This document shows positions 35,213-48,144 of a stretch of DNA of 64,000 bases, piece by piece (position 1 is the first letter of the stretch; each line of letters starts with the position of its first letter). The position numbers and the translations under genes were made by a program. This DNA comes from Macrostomum lignano (lineage: Eukaryota). A model generated the notes under the pieces. It had not been told where the DNA came from. It searched no databases and saw only the letters and a list, made by a program, of their open reading frames with translations. The stretch covers positions 22,141 through 86,140 of the forward strand of contig NIVC01001624.1 of the NCBI GenBank assembly GCA_002269645.1, read 5' to 3'.

Positions 35213-36347
35213 CCTTTTCACTGCCACCATAATCCCATGAATTTAACAATCATTTTCCAGAAAAAAATTAAACGTGGTCATCTTATTTCTAAAACTTCCA
35301 AACATACTACTTGCTTGTAATCTTCTCATTATCAACAAGTTATCAACGGCTTCCCAACAACTTTCAGTCATCAGCGCAGGGTCCTCACCCTCTCAAAAAC
35401 AAATACCAGGTTCCTATTGTAAACAGCGCGAGCCTAACCTACAAATCCAAGTGCAAGAAGGAATGCACCCAGTGCCATGCACAAGTTTTGGTCCCAAGAA
35501 GAAACTAAGAATATGGCGCTCATAGCTCACTGGTTGCATCGGCAAAAAGTAATAATTTATTCTTATGACAGCTCGAATAACTTTTCTCAAATTAAAGGGC
35601 CGAATCTCTTATAGTCAACTGGCCGATTGAAAGAGAAAACAGGAAAAGACAGTTTTTTTCTATTGAGGGAAGAGAATCGACGGTGGTCACGTGCTCCCCA
35701 CCCCCTTCCTCGCGCTCAAACTCCACACGAATCCGAATGCTGCCTGCAGCTGCCTCTCTGCCCGAGAGCCCGGTTACCCCGCGGTTGCTCTTCCCCATCC
35801 CGTGTCTCGTCTCTCTCGAAATCCCTTGGAAAGGGATTAAAACTAAGGAAGTACTCAGCTGGAGAGAGATTCACTAAGCGCACTGTAAAATGTACAGTTT
35901 GCTTTCTGCTAATGCAAAGCACAGTTGGCTGAGGTTGTATTGATTTTTTATTTACCTAGACAGGGGACTAGAGGTTTATAAAGAAAGGCATAAGCCGGTC
36001 AGCCCTCTTCACCCCATTGCCATCTATCTCTGGACAACAAAACGGAATCGTTAATCCAATTTCCAAACCATGAAAGCAAGAATCCGTACAAAAGGATACG
36101 CAAGAAGCCAAAGGTAACCATGACCGCTTGAAAGCAAGAAGACTAAGTTTTTGGTCACATTTTTTACTCTTAAGACTTACGGGACCTCCCAGACCGATGT
36201 TGCCCAGTCTCCAGAAGAAATTATGGCTATGTCAAGCTACCAGATAAATGGCTCATCGAACCGACCTACTTATTGATAAAATAAATTTTTCACTGGCTTT
36301 AATGCGTTCAACAGCAATATTTGCTTTATGGTTTCTACACATTGTAG

Positions 36348-36991
36348 GGTATACATGAGAATCTGATTGATCGGTGGTCCACTGCCCACGATAAGGACGC
36401 ACTGGAATTCTATTCGTATGAGGACTTCCGCAGAAACTATTCAATTCCGGAGCTGCCAAAAAACTCGAAATCGTACGCGGCCCCATTAAATATTTGATGA
36501 AGTCGATTCTTTCGAGAACTCCATGCGGAAACTTCAAAGTGTTGTCCCTCGGCTGCGGTCCGGGCACTGACCTGCTGGCTGTTATCGAAGCGATCCAGCA
36601 TGCTTTTCAAAATAATAAGCGACCACCATTTAACGAAGTCCACTGCACTGGTGTCGACCTGTACAGCTGGCCCTTGGATGAGTTCAACAATAGAAATGCT
36701 ACTTTTCAACACCCGGTTCGCACGCAGTTCATCTTTGACATTGATATGAAGGACTTTATCATCGAGACAGACGACTCATTCCACCTTATTATTCTGAGCT
36801 TCGCCGGAGTGAAGTCGAAGGTCGAATTTCTCGGCAGCGAACTTCCCCAATTGCTGCTTCCCGGAGGCAGCGCGATCGTTATCGACATCAACATCCCAGC
36901 AGTTCGGCAGCTGGAAAACTATGGATTCCAGTGTGAAGCCAGCCACCGTACTCGACAGAAAAGTCGTCTGCTCTGTGTTCGACAGAAGTGA
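36348..36991 (+). pseudogene. Class I SAM-dependent methyltransferase-like exon with a -1 frameshift in an A6 run (36458-36463); pseudogene or assembly homopolymer error
   Basis: Motif I FKVLSLGCGPGTD, motif II GVDLYSWP, FHLIILSFA, LLPGGSAIVID. Adding one A joins upstream GIHENLIDRWSTAHDKDALEFYSYE...LPKKL, which aligns with ALESWEAAAKKDTYFYYE...MPKKV of the paralogue at 61-62 kb. Acceptor TGTAG| lies at 36347. Confidence 0.7.
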
Positions 36992-37814
36992 GAGCTCCTT
37001 GATGGATGTCTGGAATCGGACTTGGAGGATGTTCTGTATTGCTCCCAGTATGACGTGAGTACATTTTCTGTTATTACTTTTATTACAAGAAATTATGAAG
37101 CCGAATAGCTAAGTATCCAAAGTAGCCAAATAGCGAAACTGCTGAGTAGCCAAACAACTCGGACCCAACAAATTGATTCATCGAACCCACCAAAGGATAG
37201 CCGATCCCGTCCTTATAACAGATCGAACTATCAGTTACTACTGATAACCCCTCCTTATAACAAACTTGAGCTAATAAAATCTTAAATGGAACACCTTTAT
37301 ACTCGTAATATATCTGATATTCTCTGTAAGCAAGCATCACTGAAATTGAGATTGACAAAAACTGCTGCATTCCTGAATCGCATTGTTTAGGAACTTCACC
37401 GACTGGCTCGGAACATCTACTCTGGAAGCAGCGACGTCGCAAGCATTGACAAAAATTCGTGCAGCAGGCGTTTCAGAAAGAAACAACGCCAGATTTCCGC
37501 GTTTCTAACGAAGCAGTATAACCGTCGCGAAATTCTATCTTGAAATATTTATCTCTGTAATTCTCTCTATCGCCCTCCGGTGTTTTACGTCCCCTTCCTG
37601 AGTGCCTAGCTTTGTTTTGTTTCTCACCCTCTCTGTACATAAATAGCGCGTTCTTCTCTACCGTCAATTTGTAGAGTACTGTTGGTCATGCCGTAATGCA
37701 CTACTTAAAGTATTATTCTATAAATGTCACTTTAAATTCCAATATATCTTTAGAATGAGTCATGTGCAAACAGAAGTGACTCAGAACCCTACGTAGGGCC
37801 AACGTTTTTTTGAT

Positions 37815-38698
37815 CAAGGAACCGGATTTCAGCAGCTGTATTTGCTTAACTCCATATATGGTAGTGCTCAAATATTCATGGCCCCTTTAATCAAATACGT
37901 ATGACCTAAGTAAATATCCGATCTTAAAAAAAGGTTTTCCCCAAAATTTTACAATAAATATAAGTGAATATCCTAGAAAAAAATTACGAGTAAAGGGGCG
38001 GATCAATGCGCCTTAAAGTGCAGCATGTCGCCTATAGTAGATAGCAAAGCGGCCGAAAGGTTGAAAACAAAGAGGAGGAGAGGAGAGGTGTGAGATCTGA
38101 CAGCAAAATATGTTTTACTTTTATTTGTAGTCTGTCAGAGCCCCCCCTCTCAAGCGGGTTGGTGGGTGGCGGCCTGCCGATCTGAAATCCCAATTGCACT
38201 GGACCCGCGGCTCGCTCTCAGGCCTGGCTATATAGATCCTTGCAATCCGTGCCACTTGCAAGGAACCGGATTTCAGCAGCTGTATTTGCTTAACTCCATA
38301 TATGGTAGTGCTCAAATATTCATGGCCCCTTTAATCAAATACGTATGACCTAAGTAAATATCCGATCTTAAAAAAAGGTTTTCCCCAAAATTTTACAATA
38401 AATATAAGTGAATATCCTAGAAAAAAATTACGAGTAAAGGGGCGGATCAATGCGCCTTAAAGTGCAGCATGTCGCCTATAGTAGATAGCAAAGCGGCCGA
38501 AAGGTTGAAAACAAAGAGGAGGAGAGGAGAGGTGTGAGATCTGACAGCAAAATATGTTTTACTTTTATTTGTAGTCTGTCAGAGCCCCCCTCTCAAGCGG
38601 GTTGGTGGGTGGCGGCCTGCCGATCTGAAATCCCAATTGCACTGGACCCGCGGCTCGCTCTCAGGCCTGGCTATATAGATCCTTGCAATCCGTGCCAC
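37815..38698. repeat. Near-identical 444-bp tandem duplication (37815-38258 / 38259-38698)
   Basis: The only difference I saw is a C7 versus C6 run. Confidence 0.92.
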
Positions 38699-39814
38699 GT
38701 GCCCCAGGTCTTCGCAAGCCGCAACCTATCAATAGTTCTAGTCTGACTTCGCGTACTTTGAGAACAATAGCCAAAATAGCGAATAACAAATAACAAATAT
38801 TAACAAAAAATAATAACAATTCGCATAAGATGCTCGCTCTAAACGATATTTTGAAAGAGTGATAGCAATCCACACTTAATTTATACTTAAATCTTAACTA
38901 AATCAAACTAAATTCTCCACTTAATACAAATTACAATAAGTGTAGAGATTTCTGCGGCGGAGTGCACATACGAATAGCTCATACTGCTACGCCTGAGCCA
39001 AAGGTAACCATGACTGCTTGTAAGCAAAAATTTATACTTTTTGGCCACTTATTGCACTCCTAATGGCGTGCGAGACCTCCCAGACCGATGTGGCCCAGTC
39101 TCCAGAAGAAATTATGGCTACGTCAAGCTACCAGATATATGGATCCTCAAACCGACCTACTTAAAAAAATTGGAACTTCTGTTGCGATTTCATTTTCAAT
39201 GGCGAATGTCTAGCACGACGGCAAGCAAAATGCATCACAGAACTGCTGCCGGCGTGTTTCTAAGAACACCCAAGAACAAGAATCCACCCGAGCCCCTTCA
39301 AATCTTCAAGATGCTGGAAAGAAATCTCCGGAGTCTTCTTCCATGCAGTGGCAGTGCTGCGATTTCATTGCTGTCAGTTTCTTCAAGCAGCTCTCCAGTC
39401 ACCTCTGCTCCAGCTGCACGAGTAGCTCACGCTTCTTGATGACGCTTCGAAATTTTTATCAAATTAACGGCTAAAGACTCTCCAACAACTTGAAGTGCAA
39501 CTGATTGGCATGAGCAGCTTCATCAACTCAAGAGCAAATTAATTAATTCTGCCTGTCAAACCCTCAAGCTGGGCTCATCCTGGGCTTAAAGTCCGTTGCC
39601 AAGGTGGCGCGAAAACATTCGCAAAACAGAAGCCCCTCCACCGGCCGGGAACTCAAAGCCCCATTGGCCCGCTCGCCCATCTCGGAGCCGCGCAGACGCC
39701 CCGCCCGCCGTCGCGAGCTCCATAAAAGCCCCGCCTCCGGCCTCGCCGGGAACTCGCGCCCCTCCAGACTCCTCAGCGACATCAGCAACTCTCTCGGCTC
39801 TTCCTGTTTCTGCA

Positions 39815-42800
39815 ATGCATTTCCCTGTTCTGGTGGGCCTTCTGCTTCTTCGCGTAGTCAGTAAGTTCCTTCAGTTGTCAGGCTGTGCTGTACACCATCA
39901 CTCAGTGCTGAGCACTCCGCCTGTTTAAGCATCACTCAGTGCTGAGCACTCCGCCTGTTTAAGCATCACTCAGTGCTGAGCACTCCGCCTGTTTCAGCAT
40001 CACTCAGTGCTGAGCACTCCGCCTATTTCAGCATCACTCAGTGCTGAGCACTCCGCCTCTTTCAGCATCACTCATTGCTAAGCACTCTGTCTGTTTCAGC
40101 ATCACTCAGTGCTGAGCACTCCGCCTGTTTCAGCATCACTCAGTGCTAAGCACTCCGCCTATTTCAGCATCACTCAGTGCTAAGCACTCTGTCTGTTTCA
40201 GCATCACTCAGTGCTGAGCACTCCGCCTGTTTCAGCATCACTCAGTGCTGAGCACTCCGCCTGTTTCAGCATCACTCAGTGCTAAGCACTCTGTCTGTTT
40301 CAGCATCACTCAGTGCTGAGCACTCCGCCTCTTTCAGCATCACTCATTGCTAAGCACTCCGCCTGTTTCAGTGGCATCGGCCTCAAGCGGCCAGGAGTTC
40401 AACCTGGTCCCCAGCCGCTTCCTGGTGCTGAATGACACGTTCAGCGTCAGCATGTTCAGCGAGTCCGGCATCCGCTCCGATGCCGAGTGCCTGACGTGGT
40501 GCCGAAGGAGAGGCTGCGCCGCTGCGGTGGTGAACATGACCAGCCACGTCTGCCTGATGGCCGTCATCAATGATGAGTCATCGGGACAGCCGGGCCCTGA
40601 CGGAAGTCACGTGACCAGGCACCTGGGCTCGCGCGGCGACGCTGCAGTGAGGGTGTGGACGGCGGACGACTTTGAGTCGCAGCTGCGGAATCGGGCCTTC
40701 GAGCAGGTGCTCCGAAGTGAGTGAAGCTGACAGGTGTGAGTGAAGCTGACAGGTGTGAGTGAATCTGACAACAACAACAAAAAAGTACACTGGAGAGTCT
40801 CTAGTGTCACAGGGCGCGTCTCAAGGCCAGGGTGCGAACATAGGCCACTCCGCCGGCAGAGTCCGGGGCGCCGGCGTCAGCCAGCAGGCAGTCGACGAAA
40901 CGCCGAGTGCGCGCCTGTCCTCGCCGGTAGGGTGCCTGCAGCGTGATCAACAGCAACCAGTCGATCAAGCTGTCACTGGGCGCCCTCAACGGTAGAGGAC
41001 AGCAGGGCGAGATCGTCGGCGTAACCAAGCACGCTGAGCCGCCTCTCCGGTTGAAGTCGTCCCACGCGTCGCCGCAGCAGGAAGCCATCGTCGTTGGAGG
41101 GAAGTGCAGTCCGCAGCACCCAGTCAAGCACCAGCACGAACAAGAACACGGCGCTAGCGTATCTCCTTGAAGAACCCCCGAGGAGGTCTCGAAGAAATCC
41201 GATAGGCCGTCCGGCGTTGTCACAGCAGCTTTCGTGTCGCGGTACATCGCCATGATGGCGGAAACCAGCTGCTCTGGCACCTTGTACGCACGGAGCACCA
41301 TTGGGAGCGCAGCCCTGACAACCGAGTCGAACGCCTTCTTGAAATCAACAAAGATAACAATCAGGATCGACTGGCGCGTCCGCGCCTCCTCGATGACTCG
41401 GCGAAGAGCCAGGATCTGAGTCACTGTGCTGCGATGGGGTCGGAAGCCGTTCTGCTCTGGGCGCAGGCACGGATCCAGCACCGGCTGTAACCGCGATAAC
41501 AGCAGGCGGTTGAACAGCTTCGCAGCGCAGGACTGAAGGCAGATGCCTCGATGCTCTTCAAGCCTCGTGGTTCCCGGCTTCTTAGGAACTGCGACGATGT
41601 GTGCCGTGGTCCATTCGTTGGGCGCCGCCTCATTGGAAAGCACTCGATTCATCAATCTGGCGACCTCACTGGCCACACAGTGGATGCGCAGTGCTTCGAT
41701 GGGCACCTCGTCCGGACCCAGCGCCTTGCCGCCCGGTGACAGCTGGGCGAGCTTCACAACGTCGGCTGTGCTGACTGGGGCTACACTGAAACTCTCCTCT
41801 GCCGGCAACGGCGTCTCCGGCGGCAGCGTCAGGTTATCCGGCAGCAGGGGTGGCGGCGCGTTGACGATGGCGGCGAAAAACTCACGCAGCTCATTTCTGC
41901 GCTCGTCCCAGTGTCGCCTGCCAGATTTAGCGCCGTTTTCGTCCCGTCAGAGCATTGATGGCCACGCGCCCTCTGGCATCGGGCCCAGCAGCAGAGACGG
42001 CCTGAATAGCGTCGTCGACAGCGGCCTGCTGGCGCTTGAGATAGATAGCCGCCAGTACATTCTCTGCTTCGCGGGTTGGCTGTCTGCTCAGACGGAGCCT
42101 CTCCACCTCCTCCTTCGCTTGCCGAATCTCGGGGTCGTCCTGCCAGACCGGCTGCCCGCGCTGGGCCGGTTGCATCAGCGGGACTGCTTGCTCTGCGGCG
42201 GCCCGAACTGCAGCGCACACATCCGCGTACTCGGCACCTCCACGCTTGCCGCCAAGCGCAGTGATGAAAGCGCTGACAAAGCGGCGATGCGTGTTGGCGT
42301 CCCTGAGCGCGCGGTAGTAGCGCCGCGGTGGCCGCTTCGGCGGACGGTAGAGCTGATCCCGAAGTCGAAGGTCGCATATAAGCAGACGGTGATCGGACCG
42401 CAGAGCCAGCGGCGTGATGGCGCGGCAGTTGAAGGCGCGACGGCGCTCACGAAAGCGCAATAGCACGTGGTCGAGCTGTGCCTGCCTGCGTGTTGCGTTC
42501 CGCCTGCGCGCGTTCCGCCGCCTCCTCTTGCAGCCCACGAAAGTCGCGAGCCCACCCGATGACTTGCGGAAGCGGGTGTTGACCGACACCATGTCCTGCC
42601 TCTCCAGGAAGTCCTCCAGCGCTCCGGTGTTGCCGTTCTCGCGCGGTGTCACGAACAGCGACCGTTAGGACCTACGCAGGACCGCGTTCAGGTCTCCGAA
42701 AACAGCCACTGTGTCACGCTGCGTCATAGCCTCCACCTGCACCGAGAGTTGCTCAAAGAAGGTCTGAGCTTCATCTGGGCGGGTGGCAGGGGGCGCGTAC

Positions 42801-45002
42801 GCGCAGAACAGGCGAGCGTTCCGGCCGCGAAGCCGGACGTCGACCCGAAGCAGCCGAGGGGACAGGGAGATGCAGCGACAGCTCTGCTGCAGCCTCGGTC
42901 CGATCAGCACTCCAACTCCTCCATGACCTCGTTCGTCCGCCGATGTGTAGTGAAGCGTCCACCCGGCGCCCAAGTCCTCACATTGAAGTCCCGGGTCGGC
43001 CTTGATGGACACCTCCTGCAGAGCAATGACGTCACAGCTAAGGTCGAGCGCTAGCTTCGCCAGCAGCCCTCGTCGCCAGGCGGCCTTGAGAGTGCGGCAG
43101 TTCAGCGTCCCGACTCGAAGCGTGCCCTGTGGTGCGGCTGGGGCTCGATGCTGTTGAGCCTCATGGTCCACGGCGCCACCCGGAAGATCCGTCTGGACCA
43201 ATGCAGAAGCAGCTCGGCGGGCGGCTCCTCGCCGTCGGCCTCGCCGGTTTCGCTCACGTCGGCGGGCTGACACAAGCTTCAGCTTCATACCTGAAGCTGA
43301 GGATGAAGCTGACAGGTGTGAGTGAAGCTGACAGGTGTGAGTGAAGCTGACAGGTGTGAGTGAAGCTGACAGGTGTGAGTGAAGCTGACAGGTGTGAGTG
43401 AAGCTGACAGGTGTGAGTGAAGCTGACAGGTGTGAGTGAAGCTGACAGGTGTGAGTGAAGCTGACAGGTGTGAGTGAAGCTGACAGGTGTGAGTGAAGCT
43501 GACAGGTGTGAGTGAAGCTGACAGGTGTGAGTGAAGCTGACAGGTGTGAGTGAAGCTGACAGGTGTGAGTGAAGCTGACAGGTGTGAGTGAAGCTGACAG
43601 GTGTGAGTGAAGCTGACAGGTGTGAGTGAAGCTGACAGGTGTGAGTGAAGCTGACAGGTGTGAGTGAAGCTGACAGGTGTGAGTGAAGCTGACAGGTGTG
43701 AGTGAAGCTGACAGGTGTGAGTGAAGCTGAGGCTGTCCGATGGACAGGGCAGGATGCTGAGTCCTAGTCAGGAGTTCCCATCTCGCACTTGAATGAGAAG
43801 CTGAGGAGGAACCGGAGACCTCACGCTGCCAGAAAACCGAACCGCAGTCGGGTGATCGGCAGGGTCAGCAGCAGAAGGCGAACTCTTAGCAAGCCGTTTG
43901 TTTGTGAGAGACCGCGGTCGGCCCTCAGTGGGTCAATACAATATTTAACTGGGTTGCATAGGCCAAGGCCCAAAGACGCACATTAGGGGATTGGGGCTTG
44001 GGAGTGGCGTGTTTTACCAAAAGTGCAACGGCACCTGAGGCGGAGGCTGGCTCAGTTCGCAGCACCCAAACCTTCGGCTCCCGCCTTTGACGCCTTCACT
44101 CCAGACAGCAGCGCGGGTCGCAGCGGCTCCGTCCAGAGCGTCGCCGTGAAGTTCGCCGGCTGCTACCGCATTGAGGCGTTCGGAGCCGCTGGGGGCAACA
44201 CAACCGGCAGTCCATCCTCCAGAGGCGCCTCTGCCGCCGGCTGCTTCAGTCTGGCCGCCGGCGCCCGACTGCAAATTTTGGTCGGCCAGGCAGGCGGCGA
44301 CTCGGTCTGCGGATTCGGCGCTGGCGGTGGAGGCGGCAGCTTCGTGTACGTCAGCAACGGCTCGGACAGCCAGCAGCTGCTCGTGGCCGCGGGAGGTGGC
44401 GGTGGAGCCTCAAGGAAATATGCTGGTGAGCTGATGCGAGTCCAGAAATGCGTAGAATTGCGGATTTCAATGCGTGATCATCTGACATTTTCTCAGGCAG
44501 TGACGGCAGCGGCTCTACAAGCGGCACGAGGAGCCATCCTGAAGACTCCGAGTACTCCGGCCCCGGTGGCGCTGGCGGACAGCCGGGCAAGGTGTCGGCC
44601 AACCGGCTCGCTGCTAGGCCGAATGTTTCCTGCGGCGGTGCCGGTGCCGGCTGGAGCGGCTCGGCTCAGCCCAGCAGCGAGTCCTTTCTTCATCCCGGAG
44701 GTCCCGGCCTGAGCCTCAGCGACGGTTGGCTGGGCGGAGCGCGCAGCGGCTCCTGCCCGACCGGTGACGGCGGCTTCGGCGGCGGCGGCGCTGGAGGCGG
44801 CTGCTGCGTTGGAGGTCGCCATGGTGCCGGCGGCGGCGGAGGCGGCTTCAGCGGAGGCGGCGCTGGGACGCGTCCAGGCAGAGGAGGCGGCGGCGGCGGT
44901 GGCTCCTTCTGCGGCGGCGTCGGCTGCGCCACCTCCTCGGGCGGCAACGCAGAGCGGCAGGGCCGGGTGCGGCTGAGCCGTCTGGGAGCCGCCTGTGAGT
45001 GA
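39815..45002 (+). CDS. Secreted protein B: signal peptide, PAN/Apple-like domain, ALK/LTK-type glycine-rich domain. Exons 39815-39860, 40372-40716, 44105-44425, 44497-45002 (405 aa)
   Basis: MHFPVLVGLLLLRVV|MASASS leader; ECLTWCRRRGCAAAVVNMTSHVCLM; YRIEAFGAAGG, LQILVGQAGG, GGGGGSFVY, LLVAAGGGGG, GAGAGW, GGFGGGG, GGGGGFSGG, GGGGGSF. All three introns are GT-AG phase 1, and 1218 nt is divisible by 3. Confidence 0.88.
39895..40371. repeat. 34-bp minisatellite filling intron 1 of gene B; most units end in a 3' splice-site consensus (...CTCCGCCTGTTTCAG)
   Basis: About 14 copies; the last unit supplies the functional acceptor at 40371. Confidence 0.93.
40759..43290 (-). mobile_element. RTE-clade LINE (APE endonuclease + RT), antisense in intron 2 of gene B, defective
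   Basis: LRVGTLNCRTL...DVIALQEV...GDLNA (APE); RPEQNGFRPHRST, FVDFKKAFDSV, GVLQGDTLAP, GYADD (RT). In-frame stop at 42665-42667, frameshifts near 41930 and 41150, internal deletion after the RT, and a (TTG)n tail at 40759-40774. Confidence 0.95.
43303..43730. repeat. 19-bp minisatellite (GTGAGTGAAGCTGACAGGT)n, ~22 copies; two more copies at 40717-40755 on the other side of the RTE
   Basis: The array starts exactly at the exon 2 donor GTGAGT (40717) and is split by the RTE insertion. Confidence 0.95.
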
Positions 45003-45319
45003 CGAGAAGCTGCAGTAACATCAAATTCAGGCAGACTCTGAAGAGCTGCTCGTTATTGAGATTTTATATTGACTTTTGATTCACGTCTGATGCGAACTTG
45101 CAACACCCAGCTGATTCAGTGCCAACTGGCATGCCTGTGTTATTCTCTTATCAATGTTATACTGACAACTGGCACTGCCTGCGTTATTCTCTTATCAATG
45201 TTAAACTGACAACTGGCATTGTTATTCTCTTATCAGTGTTATACTGGCAACTGCCAATGTGAAGCAAATGTGAAGCAAATGTGAAGATGATTTTCTTGGC
45301 GTTGTTTGCCGGAAGCCGA

Positions 45320-45485
45320 AGATGGACTGTAAGAGACTGTCGATGGACAGAATGGACAAGGCAGAGATGGACTGTAAGAGACTGTCGATGGATAGAATGG
45401 ACAAGGCAGAGATGGACTGTAAGAGACTGTAGATGGACAGAATGGACAAGGCAGAGATGGACTGTAAGAGACTGTAGATGGACAG
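45320..45485. repeat. 45-bp tandem repeat, ~3.5 copies
   Basis: GATGGACTGTAAGAGACTGTCGATGGACAGAATGGACAAGGCAGA repeated. Confidence 0.85.
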
Positions 45486-48144
45486 AATTATGCAATGCAG
45501 AGATGGACTCGCTACCAAGAACAACCAGAGAGCAACCGCTTGTTTATCATATGGCCTTCGTTGACTACGACCGAATTAGCGAAATCCCACTTGATTTAAA
45601 TTTAAAGCGGTTCATCCAGTTTGCAAAGCATTTCTTCCCCGGCCAGAATCGATGTAAGAACGGAGCGACTCTATTTGATAAAAAGCAGCGAAAAACGAGC
45701 TGTCAATGCTGAAATATCAATACAAAATGTCCAACAGTTCAAACAACGCCCGCAGTAAGTCACTGTGTGATTTAGTCTACTGTTGCATTGTTAATCACGT
45801 GCAGCACAGATTCAACCTCTCTCTTCAAAATCTGCACTCACCAAGCAATGCAAAGTCAGGTTCGCGGCTTGTCGACTGGAGAGTTCCAGGTGAAGTGCGG
45901 GAACCGACAGGCCCTCTTCACTGTTGCCTTCAGAGAAGAACCTGCTCACTCGGTGGGGTTGAGTACGGAGAGTGCAGTGAAAGTCCAGGGACTTAAGAGG
46001 CCCCATCAAAGATGACACCCACTCAGCCTCTAACCAAACGTCCAGCTTACTGGATTGTCAGTTCGAAAACCTCCCAATGCATAAGTGAAGTTGTGTCCGA
46101 GCTGACCACATACTGTTCTTATGACAGGCTGACCTCGATGTTCCCATCATTAGTTCTCGCTGTTCAAAGGCCTGTGATGAACCCTGTTATTTGACCATAG
46201 TCTATGGTCCAAAGTTGAAAAAATCAGTTGATAATGAATACATTACTTTGATAAGATAATGAAAGAGTGTGATAATAACACTTGTTAAATCTGTCATTAA
46301 ATTATCGCTGTGCCTTATTATGTACAATGCCAATGACAATAATGTCTTATCTAATATAGACTTTTTTCTTTTTGAGGGAATCAATGTCGAATGCTTTGAT
46401 TGTTTGACTGTTAGGCAGCTTGTTTGACTGTTTAGCAGATTTTTTGACTGTTTAGCAGATTGTTTTGCCGTCATCCCCTTTGACAAAGGCAAAATGTGTT
46501 TGTCATAGAAATGCAAGGGCCAGCCTCTTTGTAATGAGCCCTGCCAAGAAACGGTCGACCGTCGCGACGCCTGCCGACTAAAAGGGGATTCTCGAGGCCT
46601 TGATCAGGCGCTTTGATGGCCGCATCCCTCGATACAGAAATTCAGTCAGGTCTTCGAACGCTCGACCTGAGACAATCGACCTCCACATCGTAGCTGGCAG
46701 TTACTCATCGCGAGAAAGTCGAATTCACTTGTCAAGCTCAACGCGTCCGTCTCGAAGACTTGATCATCCACGAGGCCCGCAAAGTGAAGCTCCACTACTC
46801 TGTGGTGTACTGACATTTTCAGTCTGTTAAAGGCTATACTCGTAGACTTGAAGCTTGCTAAACAACTCAAGAGTGACCGACCCCCGCGACATCGATGGAA
46901 TCTGAAACAATTTCCTCAAACAGGCCAGGCTGCTCAGAACACGTCATCCGCAAACTCTCTGACGGCTGTACCAGCTGGACAGACCGCAGACGGGCGATGA
47001 TCCGTAGACAAGGCAAAGACTCCAGCACGTTCAGGAACCATCCGCATTCCGTTCGACCTCGGCGAAGCCTACAACAATAAACTCTTTGCAATTTGGTGAT
47101 TCAAAATTAGGCTAATAACACTTTTAAAATACGAGCTACAAGGGAAATCAAGGAAAACTTTTAAAAGAAGGGAATGCCGACTATTAGAAAAAAAGCGGAA
47201 AAATTAGTTTAAAAAGACTAATAAGATGAAGATTTTGCTTTTAAAAAATGGATATATTAAGTGTCTGACCGCTTGCCAACAAAATCAGCTGATGGCTTCC
47301 ATCTTTATCATTGAAGTATTCGATCTGAACAAGCTCAGTTATAATCTGACAAGAAGCTCAATCTTCAAACCTAAAGCTGTGCATTTTCCACTGACAGAGC
47401 GGGGATGCCAACAATATCAGCTTTTTCTATGAGCATAAAAGGCCGCTTACAAAAGCACCCAAAACACTTTGAACCTGAATTCCTTTCCTGAATTGCCTTT
47501 CCGCAAGGGCGTATGGTTCAAGGTCACTCCAACTCGGTGAGCATGACGACAGTTGTTACCCACCTAATGACCTGGGTGCTCCTTCAGTTATAGCGTTCAA
47601 GCCGGGTGGGGTTCGTTGCTTCTCAGGGTCAAAGGATTGCCATTAACGTTTTTGAGGAGTTTGAGAAGCTGACCCCTTTTCTGCTGGACTTGCTCGCCCA
47701 CCTGGATTGGCAAGATAGCGGGCTCAACTCGATTGGGTTTTTTCTTCAGAGAGAATGATCCGAGCCCTGTAAAGTCATTTTGCTTTCTTACTATCGCATA
47801 TCGACATACATGTAACTAACCATGCCATGAGTATCGGTAGGTTCGTTGGCAGCATCCCAGAGTAGAGAGCTGTAGTCTCCATGGCCCCTACAAGCTATAG
47901 TGCAGCACATTCTTGCATGCCGCAAATTACCACCAGCTTGCCTCGGTTTTCAGGCCGCGCGATCAGATCAGCAAGGATTAAACCAATGACGGCGGCGACC
48001 CATGGAGGAGGATAAAGACTTTGAGAGAGAATTTTCATTCCTGTTAGAGGTGAGATTGCGAGTTTAAGTCAAAATGGGATGGACAGGTGCCTGACACTTG
48101 ACAATCCGCATTTAACTTCAGGCAAAATTCTTATCTACAGTTTC

